A stretch of DNA of 48,091 nt, taken from NCBI GenBank assembly GCA_018238155.1, contig JABCTZ010000040.1, forward strand, positions 1 to 48,091, in the 5' to 3' direction. The notes below the pieces were generated by a model. The model saw only the letters and a list, made by a program, of their open reading frames with translations, made no database searches and had not been told where the DNA came from. Made by a program: the position numbers and the translations under genes. Shown in pieces: positions 29,201 through 38,633 of this stretch. Origin of the DNA: Candidatus Heimdallarchaeota archaeon (GTDB lineage: Archaea > Asgardarchaeota > Heimdallarchaeia > JABLTI01). Each line of letters begins with the position of its first letter. Within the stretch, counting starts at the first letter, position 1.

Positions 29201-30845
29201 AACAAAGTCTAATCTTAAGGAGAAATTACAATTATCAACTAATAGGGAACCTGACTCTTCTCAAAAAGAAGCAATTCTAACAGCATTAAATTCCTCTATT
29301 TCACTTATAATTGGTCCACCTGGAACTGGAAAATCACAAACAATTGTTAATCTGATTGAAGAATATCTCGAGAGGAATGATGATCGACCCGTTAAAATAT
29401 TGATTTCAGCTTTCTCTTATGCTGCATTAAAAGTTCTCTTAGATAAATTGAATGAATCCAAAGATAAAAACGAGAAAGATAATCTCTCCGGAAAGATACA
29501 GAAGGTGTTTATTAGATCACAATCTCGAGAGCCTTATGATATTGTCAATGAAAAAGAAAATATCCTTGATTTTTATCGTACTAGTGGTACTGCTTGGAAA
29601 TTAAATGGGAACTCCTATAAAACATCAAAGCGAAAAAATGATCTTGATTTAGCCGAAAGTTTCATTCTATTTGGTAATGCTCATCAATTATATCATTTGG
29701 ATAGATTAAATCAATATGCTACTACTATAGATATGGATGTTGATTTCATTTTTGATTTAGTTATTATTGATGAAGCATCACAATATCCGACCGATCATTT
29801 TCTTTCGTGTTTGCAATTCATTCAAAATGATCAGATACAATTTGTTACCGAAAAAAATACCCCACTCGAAGATTACTCAGGGGATTTGGATGATCTAATC
29901 AACAAAATTAAACCTAAAGCTCCGATTATCTCTGAAAACTTGACCAAAGTAGTAATTGTTGGTGATAACAATCAATTACCACCTGTTAGAGGTATAAAGC
30001 CACCTAACAAATTAGAAAATGTTCTCGGTAGCTTATTTGATTATTATTCCAAAGTTCATAATTTGCCTACAAAACAACTGCAAACAAACTATCGTTCACA
30101 TGAATTGATCGTCGAGTATACATCAGGCTTAAACCTATATGAAAACCTGGAAGCATACAAAGATAATGCGAAAAAAACGATTGGTGGGGATATAAAGAAC
30201 GTTAAAAAAGCTTGGTTAAAAGAAGTCTTGTCTCCTGATAAAATTGTTAGTACTTTAATTCATGACAGTTACTTTGATATGACCATTAGTGAATTTGAAG
30301 CTAGTATGACTGTTGATCTTATTTTAGGCTATTATCATATGATTCGACCAAAAAGTAGAGAAGAGCAAAAAATATTTTGGAAAACCCAAGTTGGTATTGT
30401 AGCACCCCATAATGCTCATGGGCGACTCATTATTCGCCGAATTTTTGAGGAATTGAGTAAAGATCCAAAATGTAAGCTTACCAGTGATGAGCTAATGTAT
30501 GAATTGAAAAAAGCTATTGTATCAGTAGAAAAATTCCAGGGTTCCGATAGAAGTTTGATAATCGCTACCATGGGAATTTCAGATAATGACCAACTAGCAG
30601 CTGAAGAGGAATTCATTTATGATCTCAACCGATTTAATGTTTTAACCTCGAGAGCAAAGTTCAAGGTTATATTATTTTGCAGCCGTAATTTCTTGGATTA
30701 CATGCCAAAACGAAAGGAAATATTGGCATTTTCTTCCAAGATAAGAAATTATGCTCTTGACTTTTGTAATGAGTCAACACAGTTGCCAATTAAAGATCCA
30801 TCTAACAAAGTTAGAGATGTTGAGCATCGATTCCGACAAGCATGA
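26298..30845 (+). CDS. Dna2/TM0106-like nuclease-helicase: RecB/Cas4-type nuclease + RNase H-like domain + SF1B (Upf1/Nam7) helicase
   Basis: ECERQL...RPDIL...IIDIK...EIIYYA...CGRCNFVEDC (1+3 Cys); VFDNEFDP; GPPGTGKS, IIDEASQ, VGDNNQLPP, NYRSH, SVEKFQGSD, NRFNVLTSRAK. Start may be the second Met (MGRLDK). Confidence 0.88.
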   Translation: MQVDEICSKCLEMGRLDKNILSQFSEFECERQLYINLGLDDPDWILPGYKIIESNRRKKSSQLAFDIGKEYEQAIYSNLKRLPNTFCKLSQTGEVTPISLTIKLLNQLYNDFSSNKINQACLLEHQFKVSDQFLDSIFLIKNTSNIDRSENRPDILFLKQINFTPESKYYEILSDGKFKELTQTEIENRISINIIDIKSTNEMNVGKKHFIEIIYYAMTLSKFIFENNLESKYFVNMSNNGILPNVENFFVNSHEEIIDFIVEIDWKNAFRIFDKLTQKIRSFEQKRPLDISQIDCLDININPACGRCNFVEDCKALLGFGNRPPANWDIRLLPNTSRAICEQFRDRNLNDIGSVLNDLTNIEIQSTPNPLYPQLPLIKNRSNAIISQKPFYPDRGEIYSLSIPKFTDIVLVFDNEFDPITERIYTIGLNLVMSVSPNSKSGYKERFDGWWSIWKNHLVNKTKTSAFKDELEQLLGKEISSRDLTELSKIIKELWDNPVHSNDFTKIILPHEQTKNKDRTTVNFTYTYVNGGLDNTNEFQLAKNLIEVLYNIFTLCYYLERYIESESNEDGYVNKLRTAVFYWSTDQLMVLEEMIERNLVGLISDVKIKPKLERVISLFTPSDSEVKDPYQHKKVYDLRAFAETVVGMPNSVINYTWHELAETLFGFKVSRNFWMPHFNYMEYINWHEFIKEIDTTKKNRKRIAIGNQIRNKLFTLNRLRTYFQSTAGWLVSKKAKPVESSEITWRRLPGDYHQIANLWFIYSRLNGSMGVYEADYYRTMYPEFSIGKLRAAKVENMSIATTPSPRGSLLHKYNFEIHNLSTNMKISVGDHVLLVPNELRDDGRIPYWKIIIDSMEWVNPGTPNSVYYKITTKNTYTNYIEKAAEILEKEDDLEWFIYPKAGDNWSNKLFKYSNGTGFLQRNNFGESWLGHRLVERLDFNLMNKIAKPSNSEFLLSEIFMFAPEFLPATKSNLKEKLQLSTNREPDSSQKEAILTALNSSISLIIGPPGTGKSQTIVNLIEEYLERNDDRPVKILISAFSYAALKVLLDKLNESKDKNEKDNLSGKIQKVFIRSQSREPYDIVNEKENILDFYRTSGTAWKLNGNSYKTSKRKNDLDLAESFILFGNAHQLYHLDRLNQYATTIDMDVDFIFDLVIIDEASQYPTDHFLSCLQFIQNDQIQFVTEKNTPLEDYSGDLDDLINKIKPKAPIISENLTKVVIVGDNNQLPPVRGIKPPNKLENVLGSLFDYYSKVHNLPTKQLQTNYRSHELIVEYTSGLNLYENLEAYKDNAKKTIGGDIKNVKKAWLKEVLSPDKIVSTLIHDSYFDMTISEFEASMTVDLILGYYHMIRPKSREEQKIFWKTQVGIVAPHNAHGRLIIRRIFEELSKDPKCKLTSDELMYELKKAIVSVEKFQGSDRSLIIATMGISDNDQLAAEEEFIYDLNRFNVLTSRAKFKVILFCSRNFLDYMPKRKEILAFSSKIRNYALDFCNESTQLPIKDPSNKVRDVEHRFRQA

Positions 30846-30962
30846 GAGCAATTGATGATTTCTTTTGCTGAGAAAGTAGCTGCCTAACTACCACATTTAC
30901 TATTCTCAAAATTTTTAAAGCTCAATTATGATACTAAACTGATTATATAGGAATGAATACAA

Positions 30963-31661
30963 TTGTCTGCTCGTGGTAAATTCGTTTCGTTAAAAAATCA
31001 GCTCTTCGTTATTTTAGGTTTCATAGTTTTATTCTTAGGGTTACTCTTTCATTTCTATAGTGATACTTATCCAATGTTAAGATCATTCAACTATCTCTTT
31101 ATTATTGCTGATTGTATTGGTGCTTTGATTATCTTTCTTTCACTGTTCTTGGCATACATTTCACACAAAAATAATTTAAAAGAATCTTTGAAATCACTGG
31201 TTATTGAATCATCACTGACTTTTGCTTTTAATTTCTCTCTTCAAGCATTAATATTTCATTATCTTTTCCATAACAGCTTGGTTCCAGTAAGTTTTGGAAT
31301 TTTCTTTAGTTTTATATCATACCTTTTGCTTTTTATACCAATTCCTATGAGTTTAACCTTTTCTCTCTTCAAGAAATATTATGTGTTATTTTTTACCGCA
31401 ATTGTTTTTGTTTCGGTCGGAACGCTAATCTCTGGTGTTCTTCTTACGTTTACCGGATCTATAGACCCTATTATTGATGAAGGAATAGGAGCATTATCCC
31501 TTGGAGTATTTTCTATCTTTGCAATAATCCTTACTTTTGCTTTTTATCCTAAATGGAAATTCCTCCTAGCTGAAGACGATGAAGAAGAGATTAAAGATGA
31601 TGAAGATATAGAGGAAGATGAAAAAGAGGAAGAAGAATATAGTGAAGAAGTGGTATACTAG
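30963..31661 (+). CDS. Multi-pass membrane protein with acidic C-terminal tail
   Basis: About six hydrophobic segments; tail EDDEEEIKDDEDIEEDEKEEEEYSEE. Confidence 0.8.
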   Translation: MSARGKFVSLKNQLFVILGFIVLFLGLLFHFYSDTYPMLRSFNYLFIIADCIGALIIFLSLFLAYISHKNNLKESLKSLVIESSLTFAFNFSLQALIFHYLFHNSLVPVSFGIFFSFISYLLLFIPIPMSLTFSLFKKYYVLFFTAIVFVSVGTLISGVLLTFTGSIDPIIDEGIGALSLGVFSIFAIILTFAFYPKWKFLLAEDDEEEIKDDEDIEEDEKEEEEYSEEVVY

Positions 31662-31892
31662 ACTTTTTTAATTAAACTACAGTCATTGTTCTTTCCTATC
31701 TTTAGTTTGATAAGCTTTCATTCAATGAATTACTATGGTAGGAGTTGAATTCAACCTTCACCCAGTCACTGAAAATAGTATTTATAGTAGTATCTCTACT
31801 ATCTACATATTCAGCATTAAACAGGAATTTTAATCCAAGTGTTTGACCGATGAGATGATAAACTGTAAATTTACCAGGGTGTAGACCAATTA

Positions 31893-33227
31893 TCAATCAG
31901 TTTTCGTGTCTACTCGTGCTTCTAGTGGATAATAATCTGTTCGATTTCCATGGTCAATAATATATTCTACTCCTGCAAACCATGCTAGTTCCGACCAATA
32001 ATTCCCTTGCTTTGTAATGTTATTATACCAAAGTGAATATCCTTTATAGTAAGTATTATTTATCATATCTTTTGCTTGTGCATGAATTGCAGTATTATTC
32101 TTGTAGTTGTTCTCTATGAAATTGTTAGACCAAATGGTAGCATTTACAGCAGAAATATACATTCCATACTCAAGATTGTGCTCAAAAATGTTATGGCTAA
32201 TTGTTAGTTTGTTTGAGCTAGTTATTTCCAATCCAATACTATTGTTATAGTACGCATTATTCTTTATTTCAAGTTCTCCCCCACCAGCAATATACATACC
32301 AGTACTATTATTGGATTGCAATACGTTGTTACGAATAATGCTATATGCTAAATCAAATGCTCGAATTCCATAATAAGAACCGTTAGAACAATAGTTCCTT
32401 TCAAGTAACCCATCGGTTATTCTATTAAATGCGATTCCATTGTTATGGATCGACAAGTTGTTCCCTAATATGACTACGTTATTCCCATTGCTAGCTTCTA
32501 TTCCACTATTACAATTTGTTATTGAATTATTAACAATGGTTGTAGAAGTGATATAATGAGTGATAATACATGTATCTTCACAATCAGTGAAGGTATTGCC
32601 TTCGATAAGCACCAATTGAGAGTAAGTGATCAAAAACCCAATACCCGAGATATTCGTTATGGTGTTATTCAGCAATATTACGTTATTGTCATTAAACAAA
32701 TCAATAACTTGCTCAATGTTATTACTAAAAGTATTGCCTTGTATTTTGAACCCATTACATCCAGTAGTTTCAATACTTACATAGTTATTTTCAAAGAAAT
32801 TGTTGCTTATGAAACAAGAACTACAAGAATGTGCTTCTATAGCCCAGCTACAATTTCTAAACGTATTATTAATAATTTTCGCAATATTATCAGCTAAATT
32901 AAAAAGAACAATTCCATTATCTGAATTTTCGAGTACACAATTTTGAATGATGAAATGTTTTGTAACACTATTGATATAGATATTATGATATTTATTCCCT
33001 GATAAATGGTAACCGTCAATAATGTATGGATCATCCTCTGTTCCTTTACCTGGGAAGTGATATTTCCAAAAGAAATCATTATCCTCATAAATTTCAATAA
33101 TATTTATCGGACGGAACCAAATTCCAAGAAAAATTGATGTACCAGTAACTGAGAGAACTATACTAATTATTAGTACAGTAAGAACTTTTTTGTTTACTTT
33201 TTTTGATTCCAATATTAATTTCTCCAT
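31893..33227 (-). CDS. NosD/right-handed parallel beta-helix repeat protein with N-terminal membrane anchor
   Basis: FPGKGTEDDPYII; repeated I.NN.F.N..GI units; GNYWS..DYYPL C-terminus. Confidence 0.88.
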   Translation of the reverse strand: MEKLILESKKVNKKVLTVLIISIVLSVTGTSIFLGIWFRPINIIEIYEDNDFFWKYHFPGKGTEDDPYIIDGYHLSGNKYHNIYINSVTKHFIIQNCVLENSDNGIVLFNLADNIAKIINNTFRNCSWAIEAHSCSSCFISNNFFENNYVSIETTGCNGFKIQGNTFSNNIEQVIDLFNDNNVILLNNTITNISGIGFLITYSQLVLIEGNTFTDCEDTCIITHYITSTTIVNNSITNCNSGIEASNGNNVVILGNNLSIHNNGIAFNRITDGLLERNYCSNGSYYGIRAFDLAYSIIRNNVLQSNNSTGMYIAGGGELEIKNNAYYNNSIGLEITSSNKLTISHNIFEHNLEYGMYISAVNATIWSNNFIENNYKNNTAIHAQAKDMINNTYYKGYSLWYNNITKQGNYWSELAWFAGVEYIIDHGNRTDYYPLEARVDTKTD

Positions 33228-33297
33228 ACAATTTAGATACTATTTCACTATTTCTTTCTATTTGTTGATTTATTTCAGTTGATTAAGATTTTTTTTA

Positions 33298-33331
33298 TAA
33301 AAAAATTGAACTGTTGGTTATCCAACAGGTT
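33298..33331 (-). terminator. Hairpin plus oligo-T terminator after the 33338-34939 gene
   Basis: Stem CTGTTGG/CCAACAG (33311-33328) followed on the minus strand by TTCAATTTTTTT. Confidence 0.55.
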
Positions 33332-33337
33332 TGTTTT

Positions 33338-34939
33338 CTAATTTATAACTGATGTCGCGGATTTACCTGCAAGTAGGTTTACGACATTATCAATGGCATT
33401 ATAATCTCCTAATTCTACTTGGTAGAATCGGAAATATTGATTTTCAGGATGATAAGAAACTATTACACCAGATGTAGAATCATCACCTAATATTTGTTCA
33501 ACAATTACTTTTCCATAATAATAGCCCCAAATAATGGAGGAACATGCTTGTACATTAAATTCATACACTACTTTGAATTGCAAAGTCGAACCACATTCAT
33601 AAAGACTGAAAAGATCTCCAATATCATCACCATTATCTATTTTTATTCTCCATGCCATATCCATTTTTTGATTCAAGTATCTTCTCCTATGAGAATAATC
33701 CATATCAATATGACCTAATTTTGTCCAATCACCTGCGGGAGATGATACTGTATTGCACTGTATTATTGTTCCATCAGGTTGTTCATATGATGCTGAAAGT
33801 TGAATTTGACTCGACCAAGAACTAGTTACACCGTAACCTAGGGAAGCTTGGAAATTCATTTTAAAATCTGCTGACTTAAAATTTGAATCACCAGAATACA
33901 TTATTCTATCACAATCCAAAAAATCAACATTATTTGACCAACAATTTTTGACATATAGACTAACTCTAGCACCTGGAATGATACATTTTGAAAGACCATA
34001 TTCTACTCCAAGAACGTCAAATTTTGTACTTACATAGGTGTGAGAATATCTGTTACCACCAGGTTCGTATACAATTGTTTTTGGAAGCTCACTTAGCACA
34101 CCAAACGTGAGATTACTCCAAAATACTGGCATATAATCACCCCCACCTTGAAGAATACTCAATTTGTGGCCAGTAAATCCATCATATACTCCACCTATTC
34201 CTCCATCTGCCCTTACTTCACCACAATTACGTTCCAAGTGGAAATTTTTGCTAACTGTAGTAGATGAAAAGAACTCTTCTGAGTAAGTAAATACTTTATA
34301 ACGCTTGAAAGCTGTAGCTATAGGAGTAATCTCAATTTTAATGCTACCTGCTGGTGCTGTAAAAGAACCTGTATCATAATTATTTGTAGTTTGATCACAA
34401 GAAACAGTTCTTAAAAGGTTATTACATTTATCATAGACTCTAACATAGATTATTTGATCAGAAATAACATTAGAATAACCTTGAATCGCACCATTGTTTG
34501 TAAAATCTAGTGAAACATCAACTAAATTCGTACGTTTTATATTACTAATTATTCTGTCTTCACAAACATGACCTGTGAATCGAATAGTTATATCTTTTGC
34601 AGGCAAGTAGAGGAGATTCTTAATGGAACCCGAATATGTTGAATAGCCTGTTTTAAAAGTTCTCATCTTATTTGTATAAAGTGTAGTGCGTGGTAATTTT
34701 ATTTGATATCTACCAGCGCCATTTGTATAACCGCTTCTAGAAAATGATGTTAAACGACCTCTATATTCGTATCTTCCATAAATAGTGACATAAACACCAC
34801 TCAAATTAGAATGATCAGTACTATCCCGTACATACCCAGAAGCATATTGTGCTCCTTGCACATTTTCAATTAAAGGGCCTAACATAGCAATGCTAAGAAG
34901 TACACATATTAGTCCCGTAAATAATTTACCTTTTTTCAT
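33338..34939 (-). CDS. Secreted beta-rich protein with N-terminal carboxypeptidase-regulatory-like domain
   Basis: Signal peptide MKKGKLFTGLICVLLSIAMLG..VQG/A; SGYVRDS..LSGVYVTI..TNGAGRYQI. ATG 34939 chosen because the upstream extension only translates a tandem repeat. Confidence 0.8.
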   Translation of the reverse strand: MKKGKLFTGLICVLLSIAMLGPLIENVQGAQYASGYVRDSTDHSNLSGVYVTIYGRYEYRGRLTSFSRSGYTNGAGRYQIKLPRTTLYTNKMRTFKTGYSTYSGSIKNLLYLPAKDITIRFTGHVCEDRIISNIKRTNLVDVSLDFTNNGAIQGYSNVISDQIIYVRVYDKCNNLLRTVSCDQTTNNYDTGSFTAPAGSIKIEITPIATAFKRYKVFTYSEEFFSSTTVSKNFHLERNCGEVRADGGIGGVYDGFTGHKLSILQGGGDYMPVFWSNLTFGVLSELPKTIVYEPGGNRYSHTYVSTKFDVLGVEYGLSKCIIPGARVSLYVKNCWSNNVDFLDCDRIMYSGDSNFKSADFKMNFQASLGYGVTSSWSSQIQLSASYEQPDGTIIQCNTVSSPAGDWTKLGHIDMDYSHRRRYLNQKMDMAWRIKIDNGDDIGDLFSLYECGSTLQFKVVYEFNVQACSSIIWGYYYGKVIVEQILGDDSTSGVIVSYHPENQYFRFYQVELGDYNAIDNVVNLLAGKSATSVIN

Positions 34940-35181
34940 GTTCTTATCATTCCTTTTGTGAAGAAAAGATTTGTGAAGAAAAGATTTGTGAAGAAAGAAC
35001 AATTGTTAACTCATTTTCTTTCTTACCATACTCTCTCACTCTTCAATACTTCCTTTCACCTAAGTATCAAGTAATAAGATATTTGTAAGTTTATATAAAG
35101 ATTTTGAACATGATGACGTCTTGAGTATTTATTATTATATTTTAAGTTTTTTTTTCAACTAGTATTTTTACGAATAATCCA
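34931..35181 (-). repeat. Copy B of the ~240-bp dispersed promoter/leader repeat
   Basis: Same blocks as copy A; TATA TTTATATAAA at 35090-35099; 15-bp unit TTTGTGAAGAAAAGA about 2.8 times at 34955-34996. Confidence 0.9.
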
Positions 35182-35349
35182 GGTGAATTTAGTATATTCA
35201 TCTATTCTTTTTCTCTTATTTTGTTTGAGGAATCAAACGTTATATTTTTTTTTTATAAATTTGGCTCCCTATTTTAAATATTAAAGTAAAGTTTCTCGCT
35301 GCACACTCTATTCAAAAATTATATTAGTAAGGAAACGAAATATTATTGT

Positions 35350-36573
35350 ATGTTATTTCTGTCAACAATAAAATCAAAATTTATTTCTATCTTTCTTATC
35401 GCGATATTATTTTTCATTTCTTTTTCTGTAGGTGGTTATTACTCTACGGTTATTAGTACAGGTTCCTATTTGTCCCACACTCTCCATGGCAAATTGACTG
35501 GTGGAGATGCTGTTAGTGATTCCACAGTGTATGATGTTTATGGCACTGATCTAGGCATCATTGTTAAGCATAACAACAAATATCATTACATTTTTGGTGA
35601 CACTTTTGGTAATAAGAGTGGACTAAATTGGCGTAGTAATACTATGGCCTATAGTACTGATACTGATCCTTCGGATGGTATAACGATAGATGGATGGATA
35701 CCTAGTCCTCTTAATGGTTTTGCCGGAGAGTTGATTTCCAGTCTGAAAATAGATTATATTGAAATGACTTCTATCCCTACTGCGGCTCTTAGTTATGATG
35801 GCAATATGTATATCTTCTATATGAGCGTTCGTCATTGGGGTTCTACTGGTGGGTATTGGCAATGTAACAATGCTTCCATTGCAGTTTCGGTTGATAACGG
35901 TTACAATTTTGCTAAAATGTCTAACATTTCTTGGGCAGGTACAAGCAACTTTGTTCAGTTTGCATTTGTACAAAATCAAGGGTTACTCAATGTGTCTGAT
36001 AATCATTTCTACTTCTTAGCCACCCCGGCAGGAAGATATGGTGCTTGTTATTTAAGTCGTGTAGATCGTGATTCTCTGCTCAATCAATCTGCTTTTGAAT
36101 ATTATACTGGTACTGACCTTGCTACCAATCCAATCTGGTCGAATGATCATTCTGTAGCTGTATCCATTTTTCCAGCTGATGTTGGTGAGTTATCGGTTAT
36201 GTGGAATGATTATCTTCAAAAATGGACTGCTTTTTATTTTGATAGTGGCGACCTCGATATTGTAGTTCGCACTTCTGACAATCTTTGGGGTCCTTGGGAT
36301 GCTCCTTCCTTAATAGTTGGTGCTGCAGAATATCCTTCACTCTATGGTTCTTACGTTCATCCTGATTTTGTTGAAAATTCGGGCAAAGAAGTTTATTTCA
36401 TTATGAGTAAATTTGACGTCTACAATACTTTTGTTTTATCTGTCGATTTAAACTTCACAGGATCTTCAACATCTGTAGCTTCATTTTCTTCATTGGAAGT
36501 TACCTTCAGCACCTTGCTCTTGTGTGGATTTCTTATTTCAATTATAGTCAGGAGACGGAAAACTTCTGCTTAG
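35350..36573 (+). CDS. DUF4185 family beta-propeller glycoside hydrolase-like protein, secreted, C-terminal membrane anchor
   Basis: GTDLGI, FGDTF, WRSN, IPTAA, GELSVMWN, GPW, LYGSYVHP; N-terminal signal, C-terminal TM followed by RRRK. Confidence 0.85.
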   Translation: MLFLSTIKSKFISIFLIAILFFISFSVGGYYSTVISTGSYLSHTLHGKLTGGDAVSDSTVYDVYGTDLGIIVKHNNKYHYIFGDTFGNKSGLNWRSNTMAYSTDTDPSDGITIDGWIPSPLNGFAGELISSLKIDYIEMTSIPTAALSYDGNMYIFYMSVRHWGSTGGYWQCNNASIAVSVDNGYNFAKMSNISWAGTSNFVQFAFVQNQGLLNVSDNHFYFLATPAGRYGACYLSRVDRDSLLNQSAFEYYTGTDLATNPIWSNDHSVAVSIFPADVGELSVMWNDYLQKWTAFYFDSGDLDIVVRTSDNLWGPWDAPSLIVGAAEYPSLYGSYVHPDFVENSGKEVYFIMSKFDVYNTFVLSVDLNFTGSSTSVASFSSLEVTFSTLLLCGFLISIIVRRRKTSA

Positions 36574-36711
36574 TACACAGTCACGAAAATCCTTCTTGGG
36601 TTTTTATTGTTTTTTTTATTCTCTCATTCCTTTTTTTACTTCCGCATTATTGCTTTAATCAATACAATAATTAATCAGCGAGAGCATCTTTCTCTTGAGG
36701 GTGATTGTCTA

Positions 36712-38541
36712 TTGAGCAAAACAAGAATTCTTCTAATCGATGATGACAAAGAGTTTTTGGAACAAATGAAAGCCTATATTGAAGAATTCCATCCGGAAAT
36801 TAAAATTTCTGCTTGTTCATCTACAAAAGAAGCTCTGGTGTTAATTAAGAAAGTATCATTTGCTACAATAGTTTCTGCTTACCATATGCCCTCTATTGAT
36901 GGTTTGGCTTTTCTAACTCAATTAAGGAATGCCGGAAGTAGAACTCCTTTTATTTTGTTCACTGCTCATGGTAGTGAAGAAGTTGCTATAAAATCATTGA
37001 ATTTTGGAGCCGATTTCTACTTACAAAAAAGTGTTGACCCTGAGAGTCAGTTCCCTAAATTGCTTCATTTTATTGAACATGCAATTACCAAGAAGCAAAC
37101 AGAAGATGCCTTGTTAGTTAATGAGCGTCGTTTTACTGATTTTGCCAAGAATGCTATTGAATGGCTCTGGGAAACGGATTCCAAAGGTAAGTATATTTTT
37201 TCTAGTTCTGCTATTGAAACAATTCTTGGTTATACTATTGAAGAAATACTCGAGAAGCATTTTTATGATTTGTTCCATCCTGATGATAAAAAATCTCTGG
37301 AAGAAAGTTCAGCTGAAATCATCAAAGGAAAGAAAGCTTTCTTTAGAACTATTGATAGATGCTTACACAAGAATGGCTCTGAAGTTTGGTTATTATCCAG
37401 TGGTGTTCCAATTCTCGGTAAGAGAGGTAAGCTTCTTGGTTATCGAGGTATAGATTCTGAGATATCCGAAATTATGAAAGCCGATCGAGCGCTCAAGGAA
37501 AGCGAGAACAATTTCCGTCTTCTTGCTGAAAAAGCCTCTGATTTTATTTGGACAATGAATTTGAACTTTGAACTTACTTATGCTAATCCTTTTGTTGAGC
37601 AATTCTTGGGTTTCACTCCTGAAGAGACGACTAAACTTACAGCAGCTGATTTGCTCTCACCAAGCTCCTTTAAGGATGCAATGTTTAGCTTTGAGGATGA
37701 GATGAGAATTGAATTATTACCTGATAGGGACTTGAAGCGAACTCGAACATTAGAGATGGAATGCCTCCGTAAAGATGGTTCCTTTATCTGGGGTGAAAGC
37801 AATTTTTCCTTTCTTCGTGGACCTAAAGGTGCAGTTATTGGTATTTTAGGTGTTACTCGTGACATTACTTCCAGAAAGCAAATGGAACAAAAGGTGAAAA
37901 AACAGCAACAACAAATTTTGGAGCAGAAAAATGAGCTTGACTTATTTGCCGGAACAATTGCTCATGATTTGCGTGGAAAATTACAAGCAGTCTCCCTTTA
38001 CAATGAAATGGATGATCATAGAAATCAAGCTTTTATTGCCAAACAAATTGATGAAATGACCCTATTTGTTACCAACCTTTTTCTTTATGCCAAGAAAGGA
38101 GAATTCATTGGCGAAGAGTCAGAGATTGATCTAAAAGTCCTTGTTGAAAGAATGGTTGCTAGGCATAATTCAGATCCATCGAAGCAAGAAGTATTGGTAA
38201 AGAAGCTTCCAACAATAGTTGGAGATCCAATTCGATTTGCTCAACTTTTTGATAACTTGATACGAAATGTTGTGAAACATTCAGCTGCAACAAAAGTAGA
38301 GATCTATTCACAAGAGGATAAAAAGGGTTATCGAATTTTCATTCGAGATAATGGCAAAGGAATATCGCTAGAAAATAGGCAAAAAATAATTAAAACATTG
38401 ACAACGAAAGAATATTCTTCTTTTGGATTTTTAATTATCTCGAAAATAGTTCAAGCATATTGTGGTGATATTGTTATTGAGAGTGCAGAAGGAAAAGGGA
38501 CCACAGTGATTATTTCTTTTCCAAAAGAATGCACAAAATGA
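36712..38541 (+). CDS. Hybrid REC-PAS-PAS histidine kinase
   Basis: ILLIDDD..IVSAYHMP..GADFYLQK; two PAS/PAC domains; H-box IAHDLR; N-box NLIRNVVKH; DNGKGI; GKGT. TTG at 36712 follows SD GAGGGTGA. Confidence 0.9.
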   Translation: MSKTRILLIDDDKEFLEQMKAYIEEFHPEIKISACSSTKEALVLIKKVSFATIVSAYHMPSIDGLAFLTQLRNAGSRTPFILFTAHGSEEVAIKSLNFGADFYLQKSVDPESQFPKLLHFIEHAITKKQTEDALLVNERRFTDFAKNAIEWLWETDSKGKYIFSSSAIETILGYTIEEILEKHFYDLFHPDDKKSLEESSAEIIKGKKAFFRTIDRCLHKNGSEVWLLSSGVPILGKRGKLLGYRGIDSEISEIMKADRALKESENNFRLLAEKASDFIWTMNLNFELTYANPFVEQFLGFTPEETTKLTAADLLSPSSFKDAMFSFEDEMRIELLPDRDLKRTRTLEMECLRKDGSFIWGESNFSFLRGPKGAVIGILGVTRDITSRKQMEQKVKKQQQQILEQKNELDLFAGTIAHDLRGKLQAVSLYNEMDDHRNQAFIAKQIDEMTLFVTNLFLYAKKGEFIGEESEIDLKVLVERMVARHNSDPSKQEVLVKKLPTIVGDPIRFAQLFDNLIRNVVKHSAATKVEIYSQEDKKGYRIFIRDNGKGISLENRQKIIKTLTTKEYSSFGFLIISKIVQAYCGDIVIESAEGKGTTVIISFPKECTK

Positions 38542-38633
38542 ATCAAAAAATAAGCATTTAATATATTAGTTAATTTAAGAGCTTAGATTATTAAAAACAA
38601 ACGTTTTTAGAATTATTTGGCACTCTATTTATC

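Noticed and set aside
31702-31896. 64-aa ORF downstream of the NosD gene
   Set aside because: No recognisable motif; possibly a remnant, not supportable as a gene.
34955-34996. 15-bp tandem repeat as a mini-CRISPR or iteron
   Set aside because: No spacers and no adjacent replication gene; it is part of the duplicated leader.
34940-35002. N-terminal extension MFFLHKSFLHKSFLHK of the 554-aa ORF
   Set aside because: It is the translation of the 15-bp leader repeat; the signal peptide starts at ATG 34939.
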